Below are positions 30,349 to 40,152 of a DNA stretch of 64,000 nt, in pieces. The DNA comes from a virus. A program made the translations under genes and the position numbers. The notes beneath the pieces are model-generated. The model was not told the origin of the DNA, searched no databases, and saw nothing but the letters and a program-made list of their open reading frames with translations. Where the stretch lies: IMG/VR virus record IMGVR_UViG_3300045988_057025; one strand, 5' to 3'. How positions within the stretch are numbered: the stretch's first letter is position 1; each line of letters starts with the position of its first letter.

Positions 30349-31211
30349 TAGTCTATATTTCTAGTGATGTCCCAACCTTTAAGTTCGGCAACTTTCTTAA
30401 TTTCTTCCATTTTGTCCTTCCACTGTTTGGCTTGACTTTCACATTGATTCTGGAAGCGATAAAGAACTTTGTTTGATAGCAGTCTGAGCTGATCACTAGT
30501 TAAGTTAGCATATTTATCTCGTTTCAATCTACACATAGATCTAAACTCAGCATAACTTAATCCAGTATCACAGATTTTCAGAGCTATAGAAGGATTCAAA
30601 CGAAGTTCCTTACTTACTACTAACAGTCTGTTAACAGCTTTACCTGTCACTGGGTCTTTACGATACAAGTCTTTCTGCATTTCTTGCTGTGTAAACCACA
30701 GTCCCATTTTTACAATGAAGTTAAGCGTCAAATGAGAGTTGTCAAACAATCCCAAGGAATCTAAACAAGCATCCATAACTAAACTTACTGGTACTTCTCT
30801 AAACTCTACAGGGATTCCATTAAGAATCTCTCCAATTGGATAGACCTTAATAGCCTCATTAGTTAACACTTCCTTATTGTTTTTGATAACAGCTTTCAAG
30901 TCTTCCAAACAACGTGTGTTTGTGTATTGCTTTTCAGCTCTAAGCCATCTAATAAGAAGCTCTGCACGACATCTTTGTATTTGGTCGGACACAATTCCGA
31001 GTAATGTTACACGACCCGGATTCTTGGTATCAGAGTTGTACAACATTTGTTCACAATGATTGTAGAATCGTCTTAGCTGGTCATAACCTGCGTCTACCAA
31101 TTTAATTTCCTCCTGGACCCCATTTACCTTAGGTCCTTTCCATACATAGCTATTAACGTCGTTTGCTTTATCGCTCAAAGCCTCTCTCAGCTTATCTCCT
31201 AATACAGTCAT
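30348..31211 (-). CDS. hypothetical protein
   Basis: 287 aa ORF. Confidence 0.3.
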   Translation of the reverse strand: MTVLGDKLREALSDKANDVNSYVWKGPKVNGVQEEIKLVDAGYDQLRRFYNHCEQMLYNSDTKNPGRVTLLGIVSDQIQRCRAELLIRWLRAEKQYTNTRCLEDLKAVIKNNKEVLTNEAIKVYPIGEILNGIPVEFREVPVSLVMDACLDSLGLFDNSHLTLNFIVKMGLWFTQQEMQKDLYRKDPVTGKAVNRLLVVSKELRLNPSIALKICDTGLSYAEFRSMCRLKRDKYANLTSDQLRLLSNKVLYRFQNQCESQAKQWKDKMEEIKKVAELKGWDITRNID

Positions 31212-31256
31212 AAATTATTCTTTAAAAATACTTCATAGTTTATCTCCTTTTTAATG

Positions 31257-31580
31257 TTAATCTAATAATATTTGTCCATCTTCAATGATAGGCTTTTCAT
31301 GAATAAATTTCAAGAAAATTATATTACTATCCTTGTATGGAACAAAATCTTTACCATCGTACCATTTATCGATGCCTTCTTCTACGTATCTTAGTGAAAC
31401 ATAGCCGACATCTCCTAATTTCATAGAACACTGGTTCCAATTCGGGAATCGAACACACATTATATCCTTGTAATCTAGATTATCATATTCTAGCCTTTCA
31501 AAGACATAATTAGCGTATCCCATCCCGTCCTCACATTCAGCAACAAATTTGACATGGTAAGTTACTTCTTTGGTTTCCAC
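31257..31580 (-). CDS. hypothetical protein
   Basis: 107 aa ORF. Confidence 0.3.
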   Translation of the reverse strand: METKEVTYHVKFVAECEDGMGYANYVFERLEYDNLDYKDIMCVRFPNWNQCSMKLGDVGYVSLRYVEEGIDKWYDGKDFVPYKDSNIIFLKFIHEKPIIEDGQILLD

Positions 31581-31771
31581 ACTTCAAATGTATTAATATC
31601 CTCGAACTTCCTACAACCATAAGAAGCGAAGTCTCCTTGCAGCTTATCCATGTTAGGCAAGCAAGGGTAATTCTTACACCTAGTGCAGCTACGTTCAGGA
31701 TGTTTGTAGTGAAAACCATCTTTGTCCTTAAACATTACTTCAGTAATAGGCATAATAATATTAATACACAT
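31562..31771 (-). CDS. hypothetical Cys-containing small protein
   Basis: 69 aa ORF. Confidence 0.25.
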   Translation of the reverse strand: MCINIIMPITEVMFKDKDGFHYKHPERSCTRCKNYPCLPNMDKLQGDFASYGCRKFEDINTFEVWKPKK

Positions 31772-32109
31772 GAACCAGCAGTGCCATATTTAATGACATT
31801 CTGCTTCTTTTTTAAAGACTTATTAAGACCTTCAATAGATCTATTTTTATCTTCAATTATGTTTCCATAATACAGTAACTGAACTCTACGAAGAGAATCC
31901 GTTTTTTCCCAACTCTTATTTATTAGTTCTAGATTAGTTATTCGCTTATTCAATAACGGAACAGTTTCAGACAACTTCTGATGCTCAGCAAATATCAGAT
32001 TAGTTGTTTTTAGTTGCTCGCTGGTTATTGTAACGGTCGATGTATTCTGAGAAAAAGCACAAATTGATGCTATCAGAACTAGACATAATAGTAGATACTT
32101 TCTCATCAT
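31735..32109 (-). CDS. secreted protein
   Basis: 124 aa; signal peptide MMRKYLLLCLVLIASICAFSQ. Confidence 0.35.
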   Translation of the reverse strand: MMRKYLLLCLVLIASICAFSQNTSTVTITSEQLKTTNLIFAEHQKLSETVPLLNKRITNLELINKSWEKTDSLRRVQLLYYGNIIEDKNRSIEGLNKSLKKKQNVIKYGTAGSCVLILLCLLLK

Positions 32110-32305
32110 ACTCTTTGTCTATATACTTAATTTTCTCCACGATGGAATCGTTAACTATATAGATGCTATCTCTAATTATAGAATCCCTTACTATTTCCTG
32201 CACATTAGGTGGAGAAACTGTGGTTTCCTTCTTAGGTATTAGCAAATAAATAATTAACAATCCCATCAAGGCTATTAAGATATAGCAAAACTTAGTCCTG
32301 TTCAT
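32000..32305 (-). CDS. small membrane protein
   Basis: 101 aa; N-terminal TM helix. Confidence 0.25.
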   Translation of the reverse strand: MNRTKFCYILIALMGLLIIYLLIPKKETTVSPPNVQEIVRDSIIRDSIYIVNDSIVEKIKYIDKEYDEKVSTIMSSSDSINLCFFSEYIDRYNNQRATKNN

Positions 32306-32876
32306 TCAGATCAACGCCTATTGCCTTGGCTTTAGTTACCAGTTCAGCGCATTTAACTACATCTATACCTTCTTTAGCTAGATTCAAAGCTTGCTTCTCT
32401 TTATCAGAGAGATTTTTGATTTCATTTTTGAGGGCTTCTTTTCTTTCAAACCGAGCTTTCATTTGGTTATATCCCTTAATGATACGCTCTGGATTTTCTT
32501 TCAAGAAAGTAAGCTCCTGTTCCAAGAATGCTTTTACCAGCACTTTACCTGCTACACCTCTAGATGTAGTATAAATAGCTGGACACTTTGGATCATGAAG
32601 AGCCTTATCGTAAGCCTTCTTCTGTCCCTTAGCCAAATCGAAGGTATCACTAGGATTACATACTGCAATACCAACGGTTACTACTCTACAGATTCTAGCA
32701 TAGTCCGGATCATTTGTGCATATGTATTCATCGGGAGCCACCCAACCTACTGCTAAGACACAATCATCCTCACTTACTTCAGCAGCCTGACTTAAAGCAC
32801 AAGCTACAATTTTACGTTCTTCACCCTTAAAGTCTACAAATGAGTCTACCATGTACTCAATCACATCCTGTTTCAT
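32292..32876 (-). CDS. hypothetical protein
   Basis: 194 aa ORF. Confidence 0.3.
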   Translation of the reverse strand: MKQDVIEYMVDSFVDFKGEERKIVACALSQAAEVSEDDCVLAVGWVAPDEYICTNDPDYARICRVVTVGIAVCNPSDTFDLAKGQKKAYDKALHDPKCPAIYTTSRGVAGKVLVKAFLEQELTFLKENPERIIKGYNQMKARFERKEALKNEIKNLSDKEKQALNLAKEGIDVVKCAELVTKAKAIGVDLNEQD

Positions 32877-33141
32877 TTTCTACAATTTTAAAACCGTTAT
32901 TAATTAAATATTCTTCGGGAGCAAATTGTAATTCAAAGAACCTATGCAGAGAGTATTTCTTCCTCTTACAGCATAGTTGATTCTTTTTCAATACAATGGG
33001 TTTATTAGAAGAGTAGTATTTTTCTTCCATTAGAGCAGCTCCCCAGCTCCATATTTGATATACTGAACTACAGTAGATAAACTTATCATGCGTATGCACA
33101 ATCTGTTTATCCTTCTCGTAAGTCCTCCGTGAGGTCGTCAT
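32857..33141 (-). CDS. hypothetical protein
   Basis: 94 aa ORF. Confidence 0.25.
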   Translation of the reverse strand: MTTSRRTYEKDKQIVHTHDKFIYCSSVYQIWSWGAALMEEKYYSSNKPIVLKKNQLCCKRKKYSLHRFFELQFAPEEYLINNGFKIVENETGCD

Positions 33142-33580
33142 AAAATACCTTTATAGTCTTAAAAATGAATTGATTCTTTTGAGTATTATAACAGTCATTC
33201 CAGCTACATTTCTGATAGTGAGATAGTAGTTCGGAAGCTTTTACACCAGTATACACATTTCTGCAAAAGCTATCGTCATCATCACAATCTGCTGCGTTTA
33301 TGGTGTACTTTCCAATAGAAATCGCATAATGATAATGACTTCTCTCTACTTCGCTAAACTTTTCTTCTAGTTCATAATCCTCGTAAATAATGACTTTGAA
33401 CTTGAATTTATCTCTACTTAGTAGCCTGGCTAGACAGTATGCTATATAGCAACACCCTCCACAATTAACGTCATATTCCTCATCTAAGAATCTACAAAGC
33501 TTATTCAGCCTCTCCGCTAGAATCTCCTGAATCTCCTGAGACTTCGAGTTTAATTTCCTCCTTTGCCTTTTTAAACTCAT
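33107..33580 (-). CDS. hypothetical Cys-rich protein
   Basis: 157 aa ORF. Confidence 0.3.
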   Translation of the reverse strand: MSLKRQRRKLNSKSQEIQEILAERLNKLCRFLDEEYDVNCGGCCYIAYCLARLLSRDKFKFKVIIYEDYELEEKFSEVERSHYHYAISIGKYTINAADCDDDDSFCRNVYTGVKASELLSHYQKCSWNDCYNTQKNQFIFKTIKVFYDDLTEDLREG

Positions 33581-33803
33581 CTAAGTACCTACCTAAAGTT
33601 ATAACTTCATCTTTTCCGAACTTTTTTCTTACTGCATAATGGCGACATCGCTCTATAGCAGCTTCTAGGGGATAGCCGTAGCCCTCCACTTTAAATTCTT
33701 TTCTCGGATTTTTCCCACCAATATCATACAACAATTCCAAGTCAAACCTCGGAGAAGATTCACTAATGGGAGTAAGTCTGTAAAAAGGACCTTCAATTAC
33801 CAT
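33501..33803 (-). CDS. hypothetical protein
   Basis: 100 aa ORF. Confidence 0.3.
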   Translation of the reverse strand: MVIEGPFYRLTPISESSPRFDLELLYDIGGKNPRKEFKVEGYGYPLEAAIERCRHYAVRKKFGKDEVITLGRYLDEFKKAKEEIKLEVSGDSGDSSGEAE

Positions 33804-33812
33804 TTTATTTTG

Positions 33813-34622
33813 TTATTTACAAACGTCTATTACAGTTAAGTTCTCGTTGCCGGGACGATAATTAATATCCCTATGAGAATTAGATACAATAACCTGGTCA
33901 AAATTATTACACATATTAACCAGGCCTTTATCATTAACTACATGACATACGATTATGATAAACTTGCTATTTGGATATCTCTCTTTGAGAACCTTAAGCT
34001 CTCCTAGGAAAGTTCCTCCAGCATCACACAAGTCATCAATGAACACAAATGTAGAATAGTAGCAATTCTTAGACTCCTCTATTTCAAAGGACTCAATTCT
34101 TCCAGTCTCTAGATTTCTTTCCTTTTTGAAGACTAAATAACCATAGTGAGAATAGTTACTTCCATATCTGTCCTTCGCCCCATGGTCTGGGAACACGATA
34201 TTACTTTGGGCTGGAATCCAAGAGTAGTGTCCAAATTCCCAAGGTAAACATCTGTCACCAAGAAGATGAAAAGTTCTACTAGAATGTGCCTCAAGAACAT
34301 ATATGTTTCTATAGCCTAAGCTATTTAACATATTACATACTACTTTCAAGGAGAATGGACGATTAAAACTCATTACTCTATCCATACGCATAGACATTAA
34401 ATAAGTAATATGTAAATCCCATTCTACTTCTTGTCTATCTAAAATATCTCCTACTTGCATTAAGAGGAATAAATCCTCAGTATTAGATATTCTACAAATG
34501 ACATCAATAGATTCCTTTCTGTTTAATTCCTCAGTAAGGAAAAACTGAGGCTCTCCATCAGGAAATCTAGTAACATCGTACTTAATTTCACTGATTTCCT
34601 TGTTGATTAAGTTTAATTTCAT
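33813..34622 (-). CDS. ribose-phosphate pyrophosphokinase (PRPP synthetase)-like protein; Prs or Adps-type
   Basis: 269 aa; N-terminal FPDGEPQFFL (FSDGE-type), RMDR (RQDR-like) and PRPP-binding loop VFIDDLCDAGGTF. Confidence 0.7.
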   Translation of the reverse strand: MKLNLINKEISEIKYDVTRFPDGEPQFFLTEELNRKESIDVICRISNTEDLFLLMQVGDILDRQEVEWDLHITYLMSMRMDRVMSFNRPFSLKVVCNMLNSLGYRNIYVLEAHSSRTFHLLGDRCLPWEFGHYSWIPAQSNIVFPDHGAKDRYGSNYSHYGYLVFKKERNLETGRIESFEIEESKNCYYSTFVFIDDLCDAGGTFLGELKVLKERYPNSKFIIIVCHVVNDKGLVNMCNNFDQVIVSNSHRDINYRPGNENLTVIDVCK

Positions 34623-35052
34623 CTACTACATATTTTAAGATTTCATAACTTTCTTCTAGACCTGCCCTATCATCTAGGAGGATATTGTAATAAGGTTTCT
34701 TAGATTTAGAGAATATAGAACTACTAATGTTTGGAGCAGATAAAGTATTAGAAGTAATATTTGCTATTCCTAATCGCATACAAATTGTCTGCTTTGCCAT
34801 AATTTTATAATCATCTTCATCAGTGGTGAATAAAATCATTTCAAAACCTAGAAGTGAGCATTCTTTAAGTAGTTCTATAACGCAACTATAATCTCCGCCA
34901 GTATTATGGTAATCGAAAATAGTATTATCAAAATCGAAAGCGACTATTAGCTTTCTGTATTTATGATACTCTTCTAATAGTCGTTTCTTGCAAGCTTCTT
35001 TCCCAAAAGGATGATTAAAGTCCATGGTCAATTCTTTGTCTGATTTCTTCAA
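34588..35052 (-). CDS. HAD-family phosphatase-like protein
   Basis: 154 aa; motif I VAFDFDNTIFD. Confidence 0.45.
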   Translation of the reverse strand: MKKSDKELTMDFNHPFGKEACKKRLLEEYHKYRKLIVAFDFDNTIFDYHNTGGDYSCVIELLKECSLLGFEMILFTTDEDDYKIMAKQTICMRLGIANITSNTLSAPNISSSIFSKSKKPYYNILLDDRAGLEESYEILKYVVDEIKLNQQGNQ

Positions 35053-36565
35053 GAGAATATTCTTTCTTCAAGATACCATCTTCAAAGACAGTCTCTAAGC
35101 ATCCCTCTTTTTCCTCCTCGATTGAGACCTGGTCGGTAGCAGTATACTTCCCATCCAGACCTTTATAGACAGCAATCAAACCTTTCAAAGAGTTCTTAGT
35201 ACCATCATCAGTTTTAGGATGTTTGAAGATTTCTTTCAATTCTCCATTAATTACACAAGCAGTAGCCTTAATTGCAAATCCTAAGCTATCTCTACTTGCA
35301 TACTGATATGAAAATGAGCCTACTCCTAGAACAAGATTGCAAGCTGCCATATGAGCGTTCTCAAGTCGCATATAGATTTGCTTCTGACGTTCAAGAGTGA
35401 TAGAATCACCATACAACAAACCTATTTTCGTACTAGGATAGCGATAATCCTTAGAAGTAGTATTCCAGCCGAATATCTTACCAAGCATATAATATGCTCC
35501 GTAATATTGACCCTCTGACACTTCTACATACTCAGCATCATCGTTAAATGGAGCATAGCAACAATAATACTTACCCTCTTTCATCCTAGTATGGAAGTGA
35601 GGATTAGTTCTCAGTCCACAAATAATATCAACGGGGTCTCCGCTATCTGGACGAATAACTACACGCCCATCACGAGCCATAATATCCTTCTTTAATTTGG
35701 GAAGGAAGTTTTCAATAACATTCCAGAAGTCCCAAGTATCAGAAACTATAGAAACGAACCCAGATGGATACAATTCATTAATTAATCGCTTAAAGGTTTG
35801 AAGTTCGTCCTCTTCTCCACCAGCACACATTACAGAATGTTCTGTAGCTGGAACAGTAGCAGCAATTAATTCATTGTCAGAATTTGCACCATAATATTCT
35901 TCTAGAGCAGCAATAGCTGGAATGGTCTCACTTCCAACAAACGAAGTCATATGTGCCATACCAGAAATGATAGCAGCCTCTAAACCAGCCATTCCTCTCA
36001 TAGAGAAGTCATGACACAAGAAATCCAGATTTACATCTTCTGGAAATCCAGTATGTACTGCGTGTCTTTTAAGTTCCTTCTTATAGAGTCTTGCTCTAGT
36101 AGCAGAAGTGCAAGGCATCCACAGAGTACAACTAATCAAAGTCTCTAAATAATTAGTTAACCAGAAGAACTCTGACTTTGTATTAGTAATAGTCATCATG
36201 GGAACTCTGATAGGACATACAGAACCTTCTGGCAACGCTTTAATGCGAATGGGAAGATAACCTAAATCATACAAGGCTTCAATATGTTTATATCCTACGG
36301 ACTCAATTCCCACGAAGTTATGAACTCTTCGATAAAACATTTCTACAGCTTTCTCTTTGGGCAATCCAAAGAAATTCTGATTAAATTCATCAATCAGATA
36401 CTTCTTAATTAAATATTGGATTCCGAATACTACAGAACCTTCAGTGGCTTCTGGAAAGTATTTGTTACTTCTAGGAGTCCAATTACTGTAAACTTGTTCA
36501 GTACCTTCTGGATACATTCTATGGTGGCCCAATTTATAGCCATCTGTTGCATTAATTATTTCCAT
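35015..36565 (-). CDS. nicotinamide phosphoribosyltransferase-like enzyme (NamPRT/NadV or Namat-type)
   Basis: 516 aa; N-terminus INATDGYKLGHHRMYPEGTEQVYS parallels NAMPT [26 protein letters not shown]. Confidence 0.75.
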   Translation of the reverse strand: MEIINATDGYKLGHHRMYPEGTEQVYSNWTPRSNKYFPEATEGSVVFGIQYLIKKYLIDEFNQNFFGLPKEKAVEMFYRRVHNFVGIESVGYKHIEALYDLGYLPIRIKALPEGSVCPIRVPMMTITNTKSEFFWLTNYLETLISCTLWMPCTSATRARLYKKELKRHAVHTGFPEDVNLDFLCHDFSMRGMAGLEAAIISGMAHMTSFVGSETIPAIAALEEYYGANSDNELIAATVPATEHSVMCAGGEEDELQTFKRLINELYPSGFVSIVSDTWDFWNVIENFLPKLKKDIMARDGRVVIRPDSGDPVDIICGLRTNPHFHTRMKEGKYYCCYAPFNDDAEYVEVSEGQYYGAYYMLGKIFGWNTTSKDYRYPSTKIGLLYGDSITLERQKQIYMRLENAHMAACNLVLGVGSFSYQYASRDSLGFAIKATACVINGELKEIFKHPKTDDGTKNSLKGLIAVYKGLDGKYTATDQVSIEEEKEGCLETVFEDGILKKEYSLEEIRQRIDHGL

Positions 36566-36578
36566 TCTAAAAATTATT

Positions 36579-37103
36579 TTAATAACTAATTGTTAATAAA
36601 CTTTTCATGCCTTTACCACTAGCTAAATTCTTAAAACACTGAGTGATAAATTCCTTCGTTTCTGGATGGATAGCCCTAGGAGAATTTATATACTTAATCC
36701 ACCAGTTATATTCTCCTTGAAAACTATTACCGTTGTATACTTTACCAGCAGCCAGATAATCGCATACCAATTCTAGAGCATACTCTTTAGGCATCTTCAC
36801 TGGAACACCGCCAATGTCTAGCTTAGTTACCCAGTATTCATAATGGTGTGGATTTCTTCCTCTGTGATGTAAATAAGACCTAGAATATCCTAGAATTTCT
36901 TTTTCCTTGTTTAAGGGAGATGTGTCATCATCGTAAAATTTTACAGAACGAGAGAACTCATACCATCCGAATTTAGATAAGTCGTGCAAGATGCCCTGTT
37001 TGTATAAACCTAACTGAAAACAGTAATAAGCTACCCAAAACTTATGTCTAAGTATTCGCCTAAGATGTCTCAGTGTTATACACATACATTTAAGAATTTC
37101 CAT
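36579..37103 (-). CDS. hypothetical protein
   Basis: 174 aa ORF. Confidence 0.3.
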   Translation of the reverse strand: MEILKCMCITLRHLRRILRHKFWVAYYCFQLGLYKQGILHDLSKFGWYEFSRSVKFYDDDTSPLNKEKEILGYSRSYLHHRGRNPHHYEYWVTKLDIGGVPVKMPKEYALELVCDYLAAGKVYNGNSFQGEYNWWIKYINSPRAIHPETKEFITQCFKNLASGKGMKSLLTISY

Positions 37104-37423
37104 ATCTTCTTCACTATTCTAGTTAGAAAATTATTTCCTCTTAGATTGAACTTATGTGTATATCCAGACAACTTGTCTGGATTCCACACAGCATGAACTA
37201 TATAGAATAAATATCCTACTGTGTATAGCATAATGTTCAGTACTGGGATAAATCCTAGGATTAGTATTACTAAAACTAGCCACACTGGAACTTTAAGGTC
37301 ATAGTCTTCTTCTATAAGTGCCACACTTCTGCTATACCCATTGTAATAAACGGTTACATGGGTATCTTTCAAGATAAGCACCGTGATGATTACCATCACA
37401 GTGCATATTACTAGATACATCAT
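37076..37423 (-). CDS. integral membrane protein
   Basis: 115 aa; three predicted hydrophobic helices. Confidence 0.35.
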   Translation of the reverse strand: MMYLVICTVMVIITVLILKDTHVTVYYNGYSRSVALIEEDYDLKVPVWLVLVILILGFIPVLNIMLYTVGYLFYIVHAVWNPDKLSGYTHKFNLRGNNFLTRIVKKIWKFLNVCV

Positions 37424-38247
37424 TTGTTATTAGCTACGTCTTTAAATAAGGTGGGAACCTGACCATAAGTAGGAAGTTTTCCATCCCACTTCTTAATCAT
37501 ATCCTGCTGAACTATGAGAACTGATAAAGATGCTGAAATCTTTCTATTATATTCAGCTTCTGCATCACCCTTAATCTTAAGAGCTTCTGCCTCTCCTTGT
37601 GCAGCTGCTACTTTCTTTTTAGCTTCTGCCTCAATAGTCTTAACTTCATTCTCTGCCTTCAAAGCCTGTTGAATTGCAGCATTCTTAGCATCAATAGAAT
37701 TGACTAGCGTCTGTGGATATTGAAGACCAGAAGTCATTTGTTCAAGCTGAAAATTCTCAGCCAAGAGTTCCTTTGACAGTCTATCTTCTATAGACTTCTC
37801 AAACTCCTCACGTTTACTTACTAGTTCATCAGTAGTATAGTTATTCAGCTGAATGCGAAAAGCATTCTTTACGTAATTATACAAAGTAGTGTTAATTACC
37901 TCTACAATATCTTCCTTTCTATACTTCTTAAATACTTCTGGTGATTTCCCGTCAACAATCTTCAAAGAAATTGTAGGGTCTACAGTAAATGATGATCCAT
38001 CTTTAGCATTAATACTGAAAGGAGGATAGTCCACAGTCTGTACGAATGTAGGATATTCATATACAGCCGTAGTAACAGGATTATACCACACCGCGCCAGT
38101 AACAAGAGACACATCGTCTACTCCCTTACCGTCTCCGTATAGATTCACCTTAATGCCTTCGTAACCAGCATCAATTCTCTCGTAGCCACAACTAGACAAG
38201 CCAAACACCAAAGTTAATACACACAAAAGCTTAATAATTGTCTTCAT
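37420..38247 (-). CDS. SPFH/band-7 family lipoprotein
   Basis: 275 aa; lipoprotein signal MKTIIKLLCVLTLVFGLSSC; SPFH-like core and Ala/Glu/Lys coiled-coil tail. Confidence 0.55.
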   Translation of the reverse strand: MKTIIKLLCVLTLVFGLSSCGYERIDAGYEGIKVNLYGDGKGVDDVSLVTGAVWYNPVTTAVYEYPTFVQTVDYPPFSINAKDGSSFTVDPTISLKIVDGKSPEVFKKYRKEDIVEVINTTLYNYVKNAFRIQLNNYTTDELVSKREEFEKSIEDRLSKELLAENFQLEQMTSGLQYPQTLVNSIDAKNAAIQQALKAENEVKTIEAEAKKKVAAAQGEAEALKIKGDAEAEYNRKISASLSVLIVQQDMIKKWDGKLPTYGQVPTLFKDVANNK

Positions 38248-38443
38248 TTTCCTTATTTAAATAATGTTTCTTAATGTATTTGAATATCCTATAAACTAAA
38301 CTTGGGATTGCCACTAGTAATAGTAACAACCCCAAGATATTTGCAGCATACAATGATTCGGATAATAACCATAAGCTGACGTTGTAAATCACAACGATTA
38401 ACAGAACGGCAACAAATGCCTTAATTAAGTTTTTCTCGACCAT
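38231..38443 (-). CDS. small two-helix membrane protein
   Basis: 70 aa, two hydrophobic helices. Confidence 0.3.
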   Translation of the reverse strand: MVEKNLIKAFVAVLLIVVIYNVSLWLLSESLYAANILGLLLLLVAIPSLVYRIFKYIKKHYLNKENEDNY

Positions 38444-38684
38444 AGAATAATATATTCTCTATTGCCACTTTTATTATACCATAGTAGTACATTATCCTCT
38501 GTAATGTCTACATACGGGTCATAATAAATATACGCGGCAAACATTATGCACACAATTATAAATGCAACCATGATTTATCGAGTTTTAACAGACCCAGGTC
38601 TGGTAGTTGCAGCCTGAAAATCTTTTCCTTGTTTATCCCACCATGCTTGCTTTGCCTTTAACCAAGCTACTTTTTTCTTATACT

Positions 38685-39701
38685 TCATTGTTCAGAAATT
38701 ATTACGATACGATTAAATTCATTATCTCCAAATTCAGTGGTAATTCCACATCCCTTAACAACCAACTTATCCTCTGGAGCACCATAGCTAATCAGAGCTT
38801 TCTTCATAGATTCTGCTCTAGCTACAGCGAGGTTATTATTAAACTCTTCTGGACCCTCTTCCGAAGCATATCCCTCAATCACATAAGCTTTTCCACTATT
38901 AGAAATATAGGAAGCTAGTTCTGAGACAGCCACATTGGAAGTTTTAGAAATCTCTGAAGAATTTTGAAGGAATTGAATTTTTGGAGTCAAAAGCTCTACT
39001 TTAGTAATTTCGATTGTGTCTGTCTTAACAATTTCTATTGGTTTGCGAGCCATAAGTTCCTCATTCTTGGCTCTCAACTCATTAATAGAAGCATTTAGGC
39101 TTTCAACCTCAGCATCACTATACAACTTCATAATTGGAAAGTTACCCTTGCTAGACTTAAAGCGATAGGTAGCACCAATATAGATGTTAAACTCATGATT
39201 CAGAGGGGAAGTCTTGGGAAGTAACATATACTCAGGAGTAACATTTAATGCCCATCTATTAGAGATATTAAAGTTACATCTAACGGCTCCACGGGCGGAT
39301 ACATTATTATAGACACCTCCATAAGTATGATACCAACCAGCACCAATGATTAATATAGGCTCAAACAGACGTCTATCTCCGTTATATCCACATATCAGGT
39401 TAGTAAGATTGGTAGTAACGTTAGCTGTCAAATTATGTGAATCAAAGAATGTTTTATTTCCTTGGTTCATTCCAGCCATCATGTCTAACTCCAAGCCAAA
39501 GATAGGAGTAATCTCCTTACCAATAGCAATGTTTACTAGTACATCATTTGGTTCTGCCCAACTTCTATGGTTATCCCAAATAGTAGTTCCAACATTACCA
39601 GAAATATACCAGTTATCCTTCATACTTCCAGTCTCAACAACTTGTGCGCTAGCAAATGCACACATCAAACACAAACAAATAATACTAAAAATTCTCTTCA
39701 T
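38685..39701 (-). CDS. OmpA-family outer-membrane protein
   Basis: 338 aa; signal peptide MKRIFSIICLCLMCAFASAQ; C-terminal OmpA-like domain (NNLAVARAESMKKAL). Confidence 0.65.
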   Translation of the reverse strand: MKRIFSIICLCLMCAFASAQVVETGSMKDNWYISGNVGTTIWDNHRSWAEPNDVLVNIAIGKEITPIFGLELDMMAGMNQGNKTFFDSHNLTANVTTNLTNLICGYNGDRRLFEPILIIGAGWYHTYGGVYNNVSARGAVRCNFNISNRWALNVTPEYMLLPKTSPLNHEFNIYIGATYRFKSSKGNFPIMKLYSDAEVESLNASINELRAKNEELMARKPIEIVKTDTIEITKVELLTPKIQFLQNSSEISKTSNVAVSELASYISNSGKAYVIEGYASEEGPEEFNNNLAVARAESMKKALISYGAPEDKLVVKGCGITTEFGDNEFNRIVIISEQ

Positions 39702-39717
39702 AATTAAATTAGTTAAA

Positions 39718-40152
39718 TTAATCCCACCAAGTTCTCATACGTTCAAACCTAAGTTTATTGTACAAGTACCAGGCTTTTTCTCTTCTCAAATGGTCTTGAA
39801 GAATAGGTTTACTCAAATCAAGATCAGCAGCTTTAGGCCAGAATCGTTTCCAGTTCTTAATGTTTATGTGCCTATCTACGAATCCTTCAGACCCAGGTCT
39901 GAAATCACAATGATAGGCAGAATCTATCTCTAGAACAATATCTAAAAGTCCTAGTGCGAGTTTTAGATTCTTTTCAACAACTTCGTTACCTTCAGCAATT
40001 CTAGATACTTTGAAGTATTCATACATTCTAATTAAAGCTTGTTTCTCTAGGGAGAGAACAAAACCATAATCAAACGGATAGAACTTCATAGCCTCTTTAA
40101 TGAGTCTCTTGTTTTTGTTCTTTCTTAGTTTCATATTCTTGACTTGCTTCAA
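39718..40152 (-). CDS. hypothetical protein
   Basis: 144 aa ORF. Confidence 0.3.
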   Translation of the reverse strand: MKQVKNMKLRKNKNKRLIKEAMKFYPFDYGFVLSLEKQALIRMYEYFKVSRIAEGNEVVEKNLKLALGLLDIVLEIDSAYHCDFRPGSEGFVDRHINIKNWKRFWPKAADLDLSKPILQDHLRREKAWYLYNKLRFERMRTWWD

